In this document: positions 27,101-42,100 of the stretch, piece after piece
Position numbering within the stretch: position 1 is the stretch's first letter
Layout: each line of letters starts with the position of its first letter
Origin: Antedon mediterranea
Lineage: Eukaryota > Animalia > Echinodermata
DNA length: 64,000 bases
Direction of reading: 5' to 3'
NCBI RefSeq assembly: GCF_964355755.1
Contig: NC_092674.1
Span: forward strand, 31,186,001-31,250,000
Notes under the pieces: generated by a model
What the model saw: the letters and a program-made list of their open reading frames with translations, nothing else
What the model was told of the DNA's origin: nothing
Databases searched by the model: none
Translations under genes and position numbers: made by a program

Positions 27101-30100
27101 ATTTCAATTAACCTTTCTTATGAAATTAAATTGCGCATCAACATCTAAATGATACTTTATAGTCAAAGAAAACAATCTTTATTTAACTTCTTTATTAATA
27201 TATTAAATTATTCTATGAAACCCGTCACCCACACTCGGTCAGATTTCAAAACTGACCACTAGCAGGTGACTTGCATCAGAGAGGTGGACGATTTCCAGAA
27301 TTTCTACCCGGACAATTGGTCATTCTTTACCGACTGCTAACAAACGGTCAAATAAAATCAGGCTACGAAGTTCCAAATCAAGTTAATAAGCATTGGACCT
27401 CAAGGGTAGTTTCATTACATTTTATTTTCTTTAAGTGGTATCTGTTTTTGTTAGCCTCAAACTTAAGTAAAGCTATTATTAGTGAAAGCTTTGGTGACAA
27501 GGGCCAGGTATTAAAATAAGAAAACTCAACAAATTAACTTGTTTCTCATCTATGACCTTTCAGGCTTTCACAATTGGTCAAATTCCACCAACTTAATTGG
27601 ATATTTTTTTCATCTGATGAAGTCTCATAGAAAACAGATGAAAACAATCAAGCATCTTGTTGCCTGCTTTGGTCAACTTTAGCAATAAATGAGACCTTTT
27701 GACAATTCAATTACATTTGTGAATACAATTGAAATGTCGTTAAAGTAGCGGAACAGTTTAATATGTGTAGAACCGCAATGCATCAACATAAAGTTGTAAA
27801 TCAACATTAGTCTACAAAAGTTTGTACATTTCAATTAATAATCTAATAATAATGTAACAATGGAAACTGGTATTCAAAATAATAATTTGAATTATAATGA
27901 TTTCCTATCACAATTCTGATCAATTAAATTTTAAATAAAATTAACTATAAACAGTCTAAATTCACAAAATTTATGCCATATTTATGTTTTTGTTTCTACT
28001 CTCTTTTACATTAACTGCAGAAGATGATATTTAATGCGAAAACAAAAAATCTTGGATATTAAAGTTAATTTCTTTTTTGACAATACATAATTTGTCCATG
28101 AAGGAATTATTATACTTCCATAATCTGTCCCTCTTACATACAGTATTGCAAAAATGTTTAATCTTTGACTTTACGATAATTTCCTAAGAAAAACATGTAA
28201 GCATGAAATCACTTCAAATGTACCTTTAAGGACACATAAATTGGATAAATCAATTTAATCTTAAGAGTGTCTTTGATTTAACTTTCAAATTCTTAATTTG
28301 ATTTGATTACAAACTTGCACTACAACACTTGACAGTTGTGGCTAAATCTGCAGTTGTCAGACTATGCTTCAACTAAACCCACAGCATCAATGTTACTGCA
28401 TTAAGACACGCTTGTATATTGAGCTTTTTATACATCATTATCAGGAATATACCAGGAAACTTCACTGCTGAAAAGTTCTGATTCTATGTATACTATGCTG
28501 GAAGCAATCGACGATTCCCAACGGCGTATTTACAAGCGTATTCGTACGCTTTCACTTCCCTGCGAACAACTACATTTGTTGAAAGGTCTATGTGTCTGTC
28601 ATAAAATACTTCCCCTCCCTGGAGCAGTTCCAGAATGTTCTTATTTGAGTCATCATTTGTATTAATCACAACTTTTTTTTTATTTGGAATTTGAAATCTC
28701 TCAAGGGGGATATAAATTTATAAATTAGTTTATCTTCGACCTTAAGCCGGGGCAGACAGATGAAAAAATAGGGGTAATGTTTGTGATTTGTTGGAATTAA
28801 TGTTTGATGGCTTTATCTGACCCAAACGACAGTAGGTCAGGCCGAAACTTATTCCCTACGGAAACAAACCACATGAACACTTCCAGATGGACCGGTCATA
28901 TGGTTTACAAATAAAATTGACTCAGTTCCAAATTGTAGTTATTAGTTATATTGGTATTTCTGAGAATCATTCAATTCATATACAACAGTATACATACAAG
29001 AAAAAGGTTATTACAAAGTCTGGATACAGTGCTTGGTAATCAGTAGAAATAGGTAAAATAACATAAAATAGAAAACATGGTATACTTCACTAAAAAAAGA
29101 ACCAGGATCATGAAAGGAAATTGAAAATTAGACAAAACACAAAACCATCCTGCACATAACAGAGGAAAATGTCAAGAAATAGCATCATGATGACGCAGGA
29201 CGAAAGGCGTAACTGATGATGATGATGACTATGAAATAAACCAAGTACAGTAGTAACAATGAAGTGATATAACGTAGTGTAAACAGACACGATGTTATGT
29301 ATCATAATATATATGGCAAGCCAAGTGTGCCAAAAGTCCTCAATCTATACCATTCACCATCAATGCATTCATCAATCCAACTCTCATGATAGGCAAAACG
29401 TGATTATCAATTGTAACAATAATAAGAAATATAATATTTATTGATTACTCTCCTTTAAAATGGAGGAACACTCTTGTAACAAGAGGTTAAACCCATAGAA
29501 AACAATGCTTTTATCAAGAGTTTGTTGACCAAGTCCAAGAATTACTGATAGCAACCGGATCTGAACATGTTCTATATTAAAAGCTGTTGACATCAAGTTT
29601 AATTTTTTAAGAGTACCACATAACGAAAGTAATGCATCAATTGGCGTCCAAAGGAAAAGTATAATGAAGGATAAAAAGATCATATGGGAGAGAGTTAACT
29701 AATAACATTGTAATGTGCTGACAGACAAATGACTTTTTACAATAAAGTCACCTGATAATACTTATGAATGTTTCTTTCGCTGAGAAATCACTTTCAATTG
29801 TCAATAATTATTTACAGTGATCATTCATAATAATATGGAAAAAAAAAACATATTTTTTTCATTACTTTAAAGTTTCTTTCTTTTCTACTAACATAAACTT
29901 TACTATACATTTTATATGGTTTTATACAAAATCCATTGAGCAAAAAGGTAATTTTTAAAATAATTATTTTGTCAATACATTGGTGTTTAGACTAGAGTAC
30001 CGGTATGTAAGATTATTTCGTTTTACTTGATCTTAAAAATGGTTCTATGATGGTACTGAAACATTGATCTTTGTTTTTTTCATTAATTTTGTATTGAAAT

Positions 30101-33100
30101 TTTATAATATAATAAATGTATTTTAATTTGTAATTTATTTTTTTCTCTTTAAAAACATGTTTATGTTATAACAGTTTCCAAACCAACTCTTAAACAATGA
30201 CAAAATAAAACCAGTAAATATTTACATTTCAAATTCAGCTTGACAAAGAATACAGGTATAATGAAATATTAAATAGCACAATAAAACATACGTATTAATT
30301 TATTTGTCAGTACTTAGATATCAAATTATAATTTACATAGAATTATAGCTACCAGTATAGTTTAATATTTGTTTCTAATTTCTTTCAGAGTGTACTTAAG
30401 ACCAGAATCCAATTTTTATTTTTATTATCTGTATCTCTGATAAAGATGCATTTAGAGCAAAATGATTATTTGCACTGGTAGGTTGATGAACATTTCCGAT
30501 TTCATAATAAACATTGTAAACCTTTATTAATGTTGTGCGAGTGATTTAAATAGAGGAAAAAGATAAATTATTTTTTGATGTTTGAAACTTTAACTCGTAA
30601 ATTTTTACAAAGAGATGCGGTTTCGTAAATATATCGTATTAAAAAACTTTCTCATGATTGCCTACAGATATTTGACCTTACTGATTACTAATAGCTTTAG
30701 TTAAACTTTATCGTATTATTTATAAGAAAGGTCCAATCTACAATCAATACATTGTCATATTTGATTAACTTCTTGGTCACTTTCTTCATTGGTGCTGGAC
30801 AAACATGCATATTTACTGAGTAAATCCAGTTTACTTGGCAAGCTTCAGGCATATATGAACTCTGATAGATGATAAATTACAGTCACAAAATGTCCATTTA
30901 TTTGGAGAAGATTTGCTTATGACCCGAGTGGAACTGTTTAAGCAGTACGTCAGTGGAACAAAAGAAACATCTCAGATGTAAGCTAATCTTTAATAAACAT
31001 TCCAGAAAGAATTCATCCATCAATGCCTCACTATGGAATCGTATCCTAAGAAAACTTTTAAGTTTTGTTCTGGCAAGTTCAACGCAAACTAAGTTTCAAC
31101 ATCCTTCAATGGACAAAAATAAACAGAGGGTAATGGCTGCCGAGCATTGAATACCCGCAATTGGTATCCTTCTAAAAACAAACTTTCTTGAAATGTTTAA
31201 TTTAGGATTGCAAAGCTGAAATGCATCCGTAACTTAATTCAAGTAAACATGTCATGGGTATTATTATCGTAACTGCTTAAAAAACTGGAACCAGAGATCG
31301 AAACACGTCTTCTGCCCACTCATTACTTTGTTATTCAATAGTCTTCAGATTAATTAAAGTTGGTTTGGGAAGATTTAACCAAACAAAACCAGGTATTTCG
31401 CATCATTAATTTACACGTCTGTCAAACTTTTTTTCCCAGGAGGTAATTCTTAAGTTGGTGAGTCCCAGACCTCCCACTAATAATAATGATGTGTACTGAA
31501 TCCCTGGACATTATGAGAAGTCAAAAAACGTTATTGACAGCTAACAACTTCTGTTATCATTACCAAAGACCTCACCTTTGTCAAGATACAAATTGGTGGA
31601 TTTGAGGATGATGCAGGGAGATATATAACAAAACAATACATATAATATAAATCATGGCCTGCCTCTCGTTATTTGGAGTCAGTTTTATACTATGTTATTT
31701 ATAATATGTATTGTTTTACAAATATCAGACTGTTAAAACAGAGTGCTCAATATAAGTAGAACTAATTAATATAATAATAATAAAAAAAAAAGAAAAATTA
31801 GCTACATTTAAATAGACACAAATGATTAAAGTTTTAAATTTGTAGAATGTGGTGAAATTTGAGTGAGTGTGATTTGTAAAACTTACACCTACAGAAATAA
31901 TTCATCCATGTGCCTTATAATTGTTGCTCTAGGCTCCTTCTTCCCTTTCAACATTAAATACTTCATTATTTTTGTTTAAACTAATCTTGCAGAATAACAA
32001 AAAAAAAAACTACCTTAACACTAAACAGTATGGATTTTAATGAACACTATCAAGTTTTTAAATAAGATATTGCTGAAATAGTTAAAGCACTGGATATGCT
32101 TTAGCAGGAGGGAGGAACCTAACATATTGGGGGTACAGAGAGTGGATCAATTGAGGAAGTACTTTAGTATAGTTTTAATTAGGAGAAGGGAATAACAAAA
32201 ATGAAACTTTATTAATTCAAAATCATATGGTCATCAAATTTGATTTGGTATAACATTCTTAAGCCCTGTCTACACTATCAAACTAGTTTGACAAAAAAAG
32301 TGTGATTTGCCCAAATATAGTGGTGATATGACCAAATATGGTAGTGCTTTGACATCACCATGTCCATATATGGGCATATCACATTTGTTTGCACATAAAG
32401 TTTGATAGTGTAGACAGAGCTTTAATATTGTTCTATATTTTTTCCCAAAATTTGTTGAAAACATGTTTATATAATTAATGTTAATATTGTTCTTGATTAA
32501 ATTACAACTGCTCATTAATTTGTTATTAATAAAATTTGATACTTAGGCTCGTCTTTCAATTTTGGGGAAAAAAGTAAAAAACAAAACAAATCACACCTAC
32601 ATAATTAAAGTACGAAACTAGTTAGTTTTGTAATTAAAAAAAAACACAAACACCTTTTATGTATAAATTGGTTATTAAAAGTGTAGTCTAACTATAACCT
32701 ATTGTTCTCTTTGAGGCAATTGCCACTTCTTTTGTGTTTAAAAGCACCAAGTTCTATCAAATAGAAATAAATGGTGTTTTAACCTATTAAACACATCCAC
32801 CAAAACATTCCCTCAGGGCGTGATTGTCGATTTTCTTTTTTTAACTAATAATATTATTTTCATTCATTTGTTTGATGGAATACAATCAATGTTTTAAATC
32901 GTTGGTCATATTACACTGGATGTTGAATTGTTAAAACGTGTGACCAAACATTTTGACCAATTGGAATGGCTAAGTATAATGGTTTGTACTTTGGTAACCT
33001 CCCAGGATGTTAGCGTCGCACGTGGACAATAATTGCGTATTGTGTTTGGTATTACGTGAAACAAAACGGAAAATACAATGAATCAATCGCAGACTTTTAA

Positions 33101-36100
33101 GCACTCTAATTTGTTTCTACTTGTGGAAATTAAAAATCACAAAGAAACAAAGAAATGATAACAATAAACAAAATAAAAGATTCAATAAATAGAGATAAAT
33201 ATATTTAATTATATAAAAGATATTGATTAGATAAGCACAATTAATATTGTATAATATATTTATTGATACAAAGATAAACATCAATGGATCATCATCTAAT
33301 ATCAGAAATAAATTAATTCATATAATAATAAAAACATAATAAAAGATAACAAATGTAATAAAATAATAATAAAGTTAAATATTCAAATAAAGTAAAACTA
33401 AACCATGATAAAAGAAACTTAAGTAGTAGACTAAAATAATAAAGAAAGTCTACAAAATTTTGTCAGTAGAATTTTAAAATGCGATATCTGAAAGACAATT
33501 TAGTCTGGGTTGCTGTAACGTGACTTATCATCCCATACTTTGCACAAACACAGGTCAAATCTTAGTCTCAATTAATTCATTTAATTGTAGCTTCATAATC
33601 GCAAGATACTGTCAAATTTCTTCATGGATGAGGTACCAACTTTTTGACATTTGTACAAAAATATATTAGACATATTCCAGTTAACAAACTACTGCAGGAA
33701 GTAATGGTTAACATGTTTGAACTTTTGAACATGAATCTACTAATGTGGGTCTCCATAGTTGATCTGTTTTAGCACGATGCGTATCAATGGATTAATGTTT
33801 TAGCCTTTTTTTCTTTCATTTTTGAATCATACGTCATATAAATATTTGCCGTAATAATGAAATATTATAGTTATTATTTTTAGCCCGCATTAGAGGATTA
33901 AAAAATGTTATCTCTGATGTTGACATCAATTAGAAAGTTATTTGAAAAAAAGGAAAAATCTTTAAAACATAACAAAATTAGTAAAACGGGTGGAACACAA
34001 AATAAGAAAAAATGTTGCTCAAGCTCAAGTGACCAACCCATGAATGACACTCAAACAAGGTTTTTACACAGTAAAAGATGATGATTGTGATGATGATGAT
34101 TGTTGGTACATTAAGTTTAAACTTATTGTAATCAAGTACAAAATCATAACTGTACTAGTTAGTTAAGTTTGTGGTACATCATGTGGTCAAAAAAAGGTGT
34201 TTATTCGCCATGCAACCCCTAAACAATAAGTCCTATACTTATTAATTAGTAGGAATCCTTCATGTGAACTGAAACAGTGTTTATTTTATTGTTTTATTAA
34301 GTGTCAATGTCCTTATTGTCAGCACTACCATTAATTATTATTTAAGCCTTGAGGGTAGTTAAACATTTTAACCAAAGAAGGATAATTGATAAAATATGAC
34401 ACATTTAGTATGGGTGGTCAAGTTTGATGAATATTAATTGTCTATATTAATAATAATACTTAGTAATGAAAAAACTAAGTTAAGTCCAGTTGTTTTGTTT
34501 TAACTGTTGCCTTATAATATGCTTTACTCCATGTGTATATACTGTAGTAATTGTGGTGCTTTAATAAATGATACTGTAGATCTTGTTAATCTTAATTAAT
34601 CATCATCTAATTAATACAAACTTAAGTATAAGTAACCGAAGTGTGTGCTAAATTTGTAATGTTTATGTATTCTTTCTAGTTTTGATTTTGTCATACTGTG
34701 ATTCATTTTGATATTATTACTCTCATCTTCCATAGAATAGCAGACAAAAAACCCACACAATCATTAACTTCACACATGTCATCAATCAAAGGTGATTAAA
34801 ATGTGCATTTCTCAATAAATCCATCAACATTAAATGTAAAATTCAATTGGAAAGATTGCTTTGTAATAGATTATTAATGCATGTTTGGAAGAGACTTGAG
34901 GACAAGGGTGGTGATACCATGCCCTTCTTCTGCCAGTCTAAATATATATCAAAAAGAAAGGGTACAATATTTAAATGTTTATTTCCTTTTGTATATAGCC
35001 ACACGGTAAATGCCCTGCCTAGTAGGTTCATCAGCGAGAGGACATGGAATTAAGCTGGTAGGTATCGGGAGTTAAGTTGGACTACAGGACAATTCAGGTG
35101 GATAGGTAATACCAGACCAGATACCAAACCTACAGTAGAGAGACAAGTGTCTTAAGAAGTTGGTAATACCAGACCAGATACTAAACCTACAGTAGAGAGA
35201 CAAGTGTCTTAAGAAGTTGGTAATACCAGACCAGATACCAAACCTACAGTAGAGAGACAAGTGTCTTAAGAAGTTGGTAATACCAGACCAGATACTAAAC
35301 CTACAGTAGAGAGACAAGTGTCTTAAGAAGTTGGTAATACCAGACCAGATACCAAACCTACAGTAGAGAGACAAATGTCTTAAGAAGTTGTAGCATTGAT
35401 CATACAGTAATTTACTATTGTTTGATAACCGTTTGTGGCAACAACAGTTTTTTTTCTTTTAAGGCCAAGCATAGAAGCATGATTTAGGAAGGGGATGTTT
35501 GATTTTCAGTAAATAAAATGATTGGTAATGAATTTATATGATGGTGTAATAAAAATATATTTTATTAGTATATTTGTTATTTTATTATATCACAGTATGT
35601 TATTATTTTCATTTTATTGACAATTATTTCGATTTATTCCTATTGTCCAGAAATCGTCTTGCAATCAGATGAGCAATTCACTTTTATTTTATTGTTTCTT
35701 TGAACTAATAAGATAATTTCCATAATAACAACAACAGCTATATTAAGTAAAGTCTTTCATCTTCAATAACAATCATTTTCCAATTGTTATTATTATTCAT
35801 AATAAACTTAATAAAAACAACATATGAGACTGTTTAGTATTTTATCATTGACTATCAAATAAAATTTAATCTTCTATCTATTTTATCCATTCTTCAATGT
35901 TTTAATAAAACTTAAATGCTTTTTATGCTTTCATCATTTTCACGGCTATTGTTACAGACTCGTGATAATAATAGTTTTTTTTCCTCAATTATATACATTC
36001 AATTTTGTATTAATTGGATGTCTTATAATTGTCTGTGAAAGTACACAGATAGAATCATAATCTAACTGAAAAAAAATAATTAATAATGTAGAAGAATACT

Positions 36101-39100
36101 GGGTTATATCATATTGCAAGAAAGATGCACTGATATTAATATTTATGTCAAATATGGTAAATCGATCAATCTACACATCATACCTCACTACATAGTACAG
36201 ATTCTGCCAACATTTAATATTTAAATATTTTTATATATTAACACATTAGGCAAAGAACATTAATTCTAAAATATTTAGATTTTTCTAAATTTATTTTTAA
36301 ATTTTATATTTATCCATGTGCCTTGCTTGCTATGCCCCTTTTGCTTTGGCTAGTCCTTACTTAAGGTAAGCATTTGTCCTAGGTTTGCCTTGCTTGCTAT
36401 GCCCCTTTTGCTTTGGCTAGTCCTTACTTAAGGTAAGCATTTGTCCTAGGTTTGCCTTGCTTGCTATGCCCCTTTTGCTTTGGCTAGCCCTTACTTAAGG
36501 TGTGCCTTGCTTGCTATGCCCCTTTTGCTTTGGCTAGTCCTTACTTAAGGTAAGCATTTGTCCTAGGTTTGCCTTGCTTGCTATGCCCCTTTTGCTTTGG
36601 CTAGTCCTTACTTAAGGTAAGCATTTGTCCTAGGTTTTATTTTATTATTTTATTGTATTCGTATGTCATGCTTTTTATTGAATAAAAGTGGTATGAGAGA
36701 CTCAAAATTAGTACTAAATATAAGAATCATAAACTGTTTTCCTATAACAATCTGTATGGTCAATCTGTATGGTCAATCTGTATGGTCAATATTGCTAAGA
36801 TTTAACAGTGTATTCATATATTTGAATATGTGTGTTTTTATTATAAATCTTTATGAAAATGTTAACATTAAGATTTCTGTTAACTTTGTAAACACAGCAA
36901 ACCCATCTGGTTGTAAGCCTACACAGTCTTCTTACATAAGTCTCTTTGTTTGGAATAACAATTAAAGAAACTACAGAGCATTTATCTCTAAGACTCTTGA
37001 CCAAACACTTTCATTTCAAAATCTATTAGATTTGGACATTCATGGTGGACAGATGAACTAATATTTTGTTTGATTGAAATTAGGGTTGAAAAGAAAAACA
37101 TATCGTTAATATCAATATTTATCTTTTTTCTGCCTATTTTGATGAATATTCCCTTACACTTCTTTCAATCATCATTTTAATAAACTATATATTTATGTGA
37201 CGAGTAACTTTATAATAATATTAAATTACGGTAGATTAATAGTAATAATAAAAGTTTTAACTTAAAATTGTAGAAAAGCTTCCTTGGATGTACATTAAAT
37301 GGAATTGCCTGTTGTACAGTACTGTATATTAATTTGAAATTGAAAGTTGTTATTAATTAATATACATTTGAAATAAGTTTGATCATAAATGTATTAATAA
37401 AACATCCAATTTATGAGAATCTAGATTAGATATCTAGATGAGATTCGTCACTATATGTATATTATAAGCTAGTGTACTAATAGAATAATCGACTTGGCAG
37501 CATGACATACAATAAAGCATTCTTGCATAAGAAGGTGGCTTGTACTTTAAATCAACCTCGTCTATTAATAATAACATAATCAATTATTAAAGACATGCTT
37601 TATCATTACCTATTGTACAAATGGTATAAACCAAATTAAAGCATAATGTGGTGATTGCTAGCCCGATTCAAAATGCTTGCTAGATTTCTGGTAACAAACA
37701 ACATTACTTATCACCAATAAGTGCTTTCGCTTGGACGCACACAGCTCCGAATCAACCTGGACCGTTCATTAATTCTCATGATTGATACAAAGATATGATA
37801 AATGGAATTGACTACTCAAAAGCAACGCTGGAATTATAGAAATCCAAGAGATATAATCCCTTTACCTAGAAACCTATTTACGATTGATTATCTTTAGTTT
37901 TTATCTTTAACAAACATATCGCAATTCATTACTTTATCTTTCATCTAAAAAATACAAATTCAACTGACCATATGGCGCTGATGGACTCCTCATATCAACA
38001 ATAAGGACATAAAATATTGAACTTTCTTCATGGTCAAAAATAATAGTTAAATCATATTTGATTGGGTGTTACATAAAACTGGACATTATATTATAACGTC
38101 ATAAGTACCACCAACACCTATTATACTAAGTTTTATTTTTTTTCTACACTATCAAACTTTATGTGACAAAAAATGTGCCCATATATGGACATGATGATGT
38201 CATATCACTACTATATTTAAGCATATCGCTACCATATATGATGATCTCTAATATAGAACGGTCAATGATCCTATGCTAATTGTTACTCCATGATATGATA
38301 TTATTTAACAAGCTGGTAGTATTATTAGCTATATAAATAAATGATTTGTTTAGAATAATTCTCATTCAATATGTTATAACATATAATTTAAAACATAAAC
38401 TATGGCAATGACACATTGTTCATTCAGTCCTTTTCAACAAATAAAATATTGTGAAAATAAAATAAATCATTAAATAATGTCTTTTAAATAGAAACAAAGG
38501 GTGAGAAGATTAACCACAACGTTAGCTAACACATATATTAGTTGAAAGAAATAATATATATATTTGTTTCAATTATCATAAATGGACGTTTATAAAATTA
38601 CTATGGTGAATTGACCAATTGCAGAGAGTTTTGTAATACAGCGAATTATCTTGGATGTATTGATCGCAAGAGTAAGACAAGTAATTATTTGTCGAATTCT
38701 ATATAGAATTTATACATTTGGCTAATGAGTAAATTGTGGACGTCTGACCACTCAACTGAGTGGTCACAAGTACAACTGCATTAGCTAGGATTAGTGAAAG
38801 ATGGACAGATGCTTGTCCTTGCAGTCAAGCCACTTTATGCCGTACAAATTATTATAGCTGGCAATTCATTTATTATTAACTCAACGTAGCAATATAAATG
38901 TTATTTCTCTTTATTTGTGACTCGATATAAATAAATTAAATACAATAAATTAAATACAATATATATATTTTTGCTATATTTCTTATTTATGATTTGCTAA
39001 CTGTGGACTGCTAGTTTCTTGTGGTACTCTTTATGATTATGTATTTAATAATTTTAAAAACAAATTATCATTATCAATATAAAACGCTTTGGACGCTTCA

Positions 39101-42100
39101 TGTGAAATTCCTTTGAAAGAACAACACCAATTGTTTTGTAACTTTAGATAATCCGAAACAGCAGCATTTAATTTGCATTCAGTATTACAGTTATTTTTAA
39201 TCAGCTCTATAGATTCTTGAATATTATATGGAAATATAACAGTATCTTTAATTATAATATGATTAGTCATTGATTTTAATTATATTATAGTAATGTAGAT
39301 CATATTATTATTAAAACTAATGATAAAAAGTAATAATACTTAATAGATACTGTCACAGACTAGCTAAATTAATTTGGTTTTTTTCATTTACTTATACAAC
39401 TCCACAAAAAAGTAGTTTTCATATCTTGTCTGTGGCACATTCAATAAAATTAATTATGTTCATTGCATTCTGCAATGTTTCATTACTTGAAGATTAAATC
39501 TTGGAACTCGATGTACAAAGAAGATGCATCAACTATGGTTATATTTGTTGCCAAGAGTAAAGGGAAGATGGTGAAAGGTAAATTATTGAAAGAAGGAAAA
39601 AAATGAAACAAAAAATAACTGAAAAGAGGAGAGATTTCTAAAAAGATTGAAAGAATTAAAAACTGAAACAAGGGAAGAAATGAAAGAAGGAGATAACTGA
39701 AAGAAGAAGAAAAAAAAGATTAAACAAATTAAAAACTAAAATAAGAGGAGAAATGAAAGAAGGAGATAACTGAAAGAAGAAGAAAAAAAAGATTAAACAA
39801 ATTAAAAACTAAAATAAGAGGAGAAATGAAAGAAGGAGTTCGTAAAGATTGGGAGAATAAAAGAAGTGGAATAGAAATGATTCTAAACAAATTTGTTAAG
39901 TTTAAATTTTCATTCCAATTTAGTTTTGAGTGCCTTTTTGCTACTACTACTGAATTATGACGTATTTAAATATACAAAAAAAACTAGTATTCATCAGTCT
40001 TGGTATTAAGTTAAAGCCAGTTTCCTATTGCCTTCATTTAAATAAAAATTTATATTGATGATTCCTATTTTAATACACATCAACAAAAATTCAAGAAATT
40101 TAGAATTTTAATCAGGCCTACAAGGAAGGCCCAGTAAATTTAAGAGAACATAAAATACTTGTAACAAATTGTCTTTATTTATTGTGGCCAGAAATCCTAA
40201 AATCCTGTCAAGGCCACATGACAACTGCACTTATAAAATTCATAACTCGAAAAGAGTCTTTAAAATGAAAGATTTTAACGGCATTGTTTGAATTAAGAAT
40301 TATCTGAACTATATCCTATAAAGATTTTAATCCGAAAAGAATATTTTCATAGCAATAATATCAAAGATTATCAATAAACTTTTAAGTACTTAGTTTTTAC
40401 ACCTGTTACTAATACTACCCATGCAACTTTTTCAATAAAAAAATAGCATAACCTTTACACAACATAAACCCAAATGATTGGATAATGTTTAATGACATGA
40501 ATAATAGGTCATTATTATTAATTGCAATAACATTTTTATGTGTTTCATTTATATATACCATAAATACTGTGCATATATACTATGAAAACAGTAATTAGAA
40601 TAAATACATTTATTACTTTGTATGTCAGCATAAAATCATAAACAGCTAAATATTAATTTCGCCAAAAAAATAAACAAGACGCATACACGGTTGTTAAATG
40701 CTGTTAGAATATTGCGAAACGTATTGGGTACGGTAGGCCTGTGTAAACATTGAATTATACCACTACGCCAAATTTCAAACGCAGAAATATTGTTTACTTA
40801 TTTATTGAAAATAAGATTATTCAGCGATATTATATACCATATAACGGTGATAAGTCATTTGATTGCCGAGTGAACTCAAATACAGTCACCCTGTTCAAAT
40901 ACAATATCAAATTCAATTCATTTCAGTCAATACTATCAAACAAATCATAATGACCTATGCCAATCACAATAACCAAAGATAGCAAATATAAATGCTACAA
41001 AGTAAATTTTGCGTTATTTACTCTTGGCTATGTGTGTAACAGGTCAAGATATGTATAATACGATCGAGTTTGCGCAAACAGAATAATTGACAAAATTGAA
41101 AACAACAACCGTATAGATTCCTACTTGTAGGAAACTGACAAATTTAAACCACACTCTACAGCAAACATGTTTCTTTGTGTTCCAAAAATCAAAATTTACA
41201 CATTAAACAAAACACTAGCCTAGCCCACCACTACCAAATATACTTTTTAAATAATGGATTAGTAACAAAAGAAAGAAGTTAGTTTGATTCTTAGTTACTC
41301 CTAACAACTACTAAGCTGGAAAGAAAACATTAGTTTGTTCAAAGTTATAATTACCAATTTACTTAACTTGAAAGAGTGAACTCAAAGTAATTCTATTCTT
41401 CCAAAAGGTTAAAATATGTAGGCCAATAAACTGAAACTTAACATAAAGGTGGACAGCTATAGAATCTTTAATCCATGTTTTACCTTATAAAGTATTTACT
41501 TTCAATTTTGAAGATAAAAGAGATTTTATTAATTATTTCTCAAAGTACAATCCTAAATATTTTTATTACTAATTAGTAGAAGATATTTAATTCACAATCA
41601 ACCACTTAAAATATTTAATTATTAAGGAGGACCAATAGAGAAGAAGCAAGTATTACATATTCAACATCCATATACCAGGGAGTTGTAAAATAAGTTATTT
41701 TACAACTCTCTGCATATGCTACTGTAGAAGCCTACAGTAGATATTGAAAAGTTATAATAGTTTTTCATAAATATATTTGATATTAAAAAATATTTCAAAA
41801 TTAAGCCGATAGTAAATTTTGTAAAATTAATCTACTGCAAAAGTTTTGGGTGAGTGAAAATTCAAGAATTTACAAAAGATTATCAATCAATTAATACTAA
41901 TAATGTTATTAGGTAAAGTAGTAAACATTTACAGCTTCATAAATAATAGCAGTTAGTTGGCTAAATTGATGTTCGTCATTTTCTAATACCATAAATATTG
42001 ATAACTGATATTTATAGAGAATTGAGCAAAGTGCATTTTGCACAAATCTTATCTAGTTAATAAATTTACAAGAAATGAGAACAATATAATTAATTACAAT

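Noticed and set aside
27605-27670. Hammerhead ribozyme candidate (CTGATGA...GAAA)
   Set aside because: Stem I does not form, stem II is poor, and the cleavage triplet is not NUH.
35072-35374. 100-aa repetitive ORF
   Set aside because: Artefact of the 57-bp tandem repeat; non-ATG start and no splice support.
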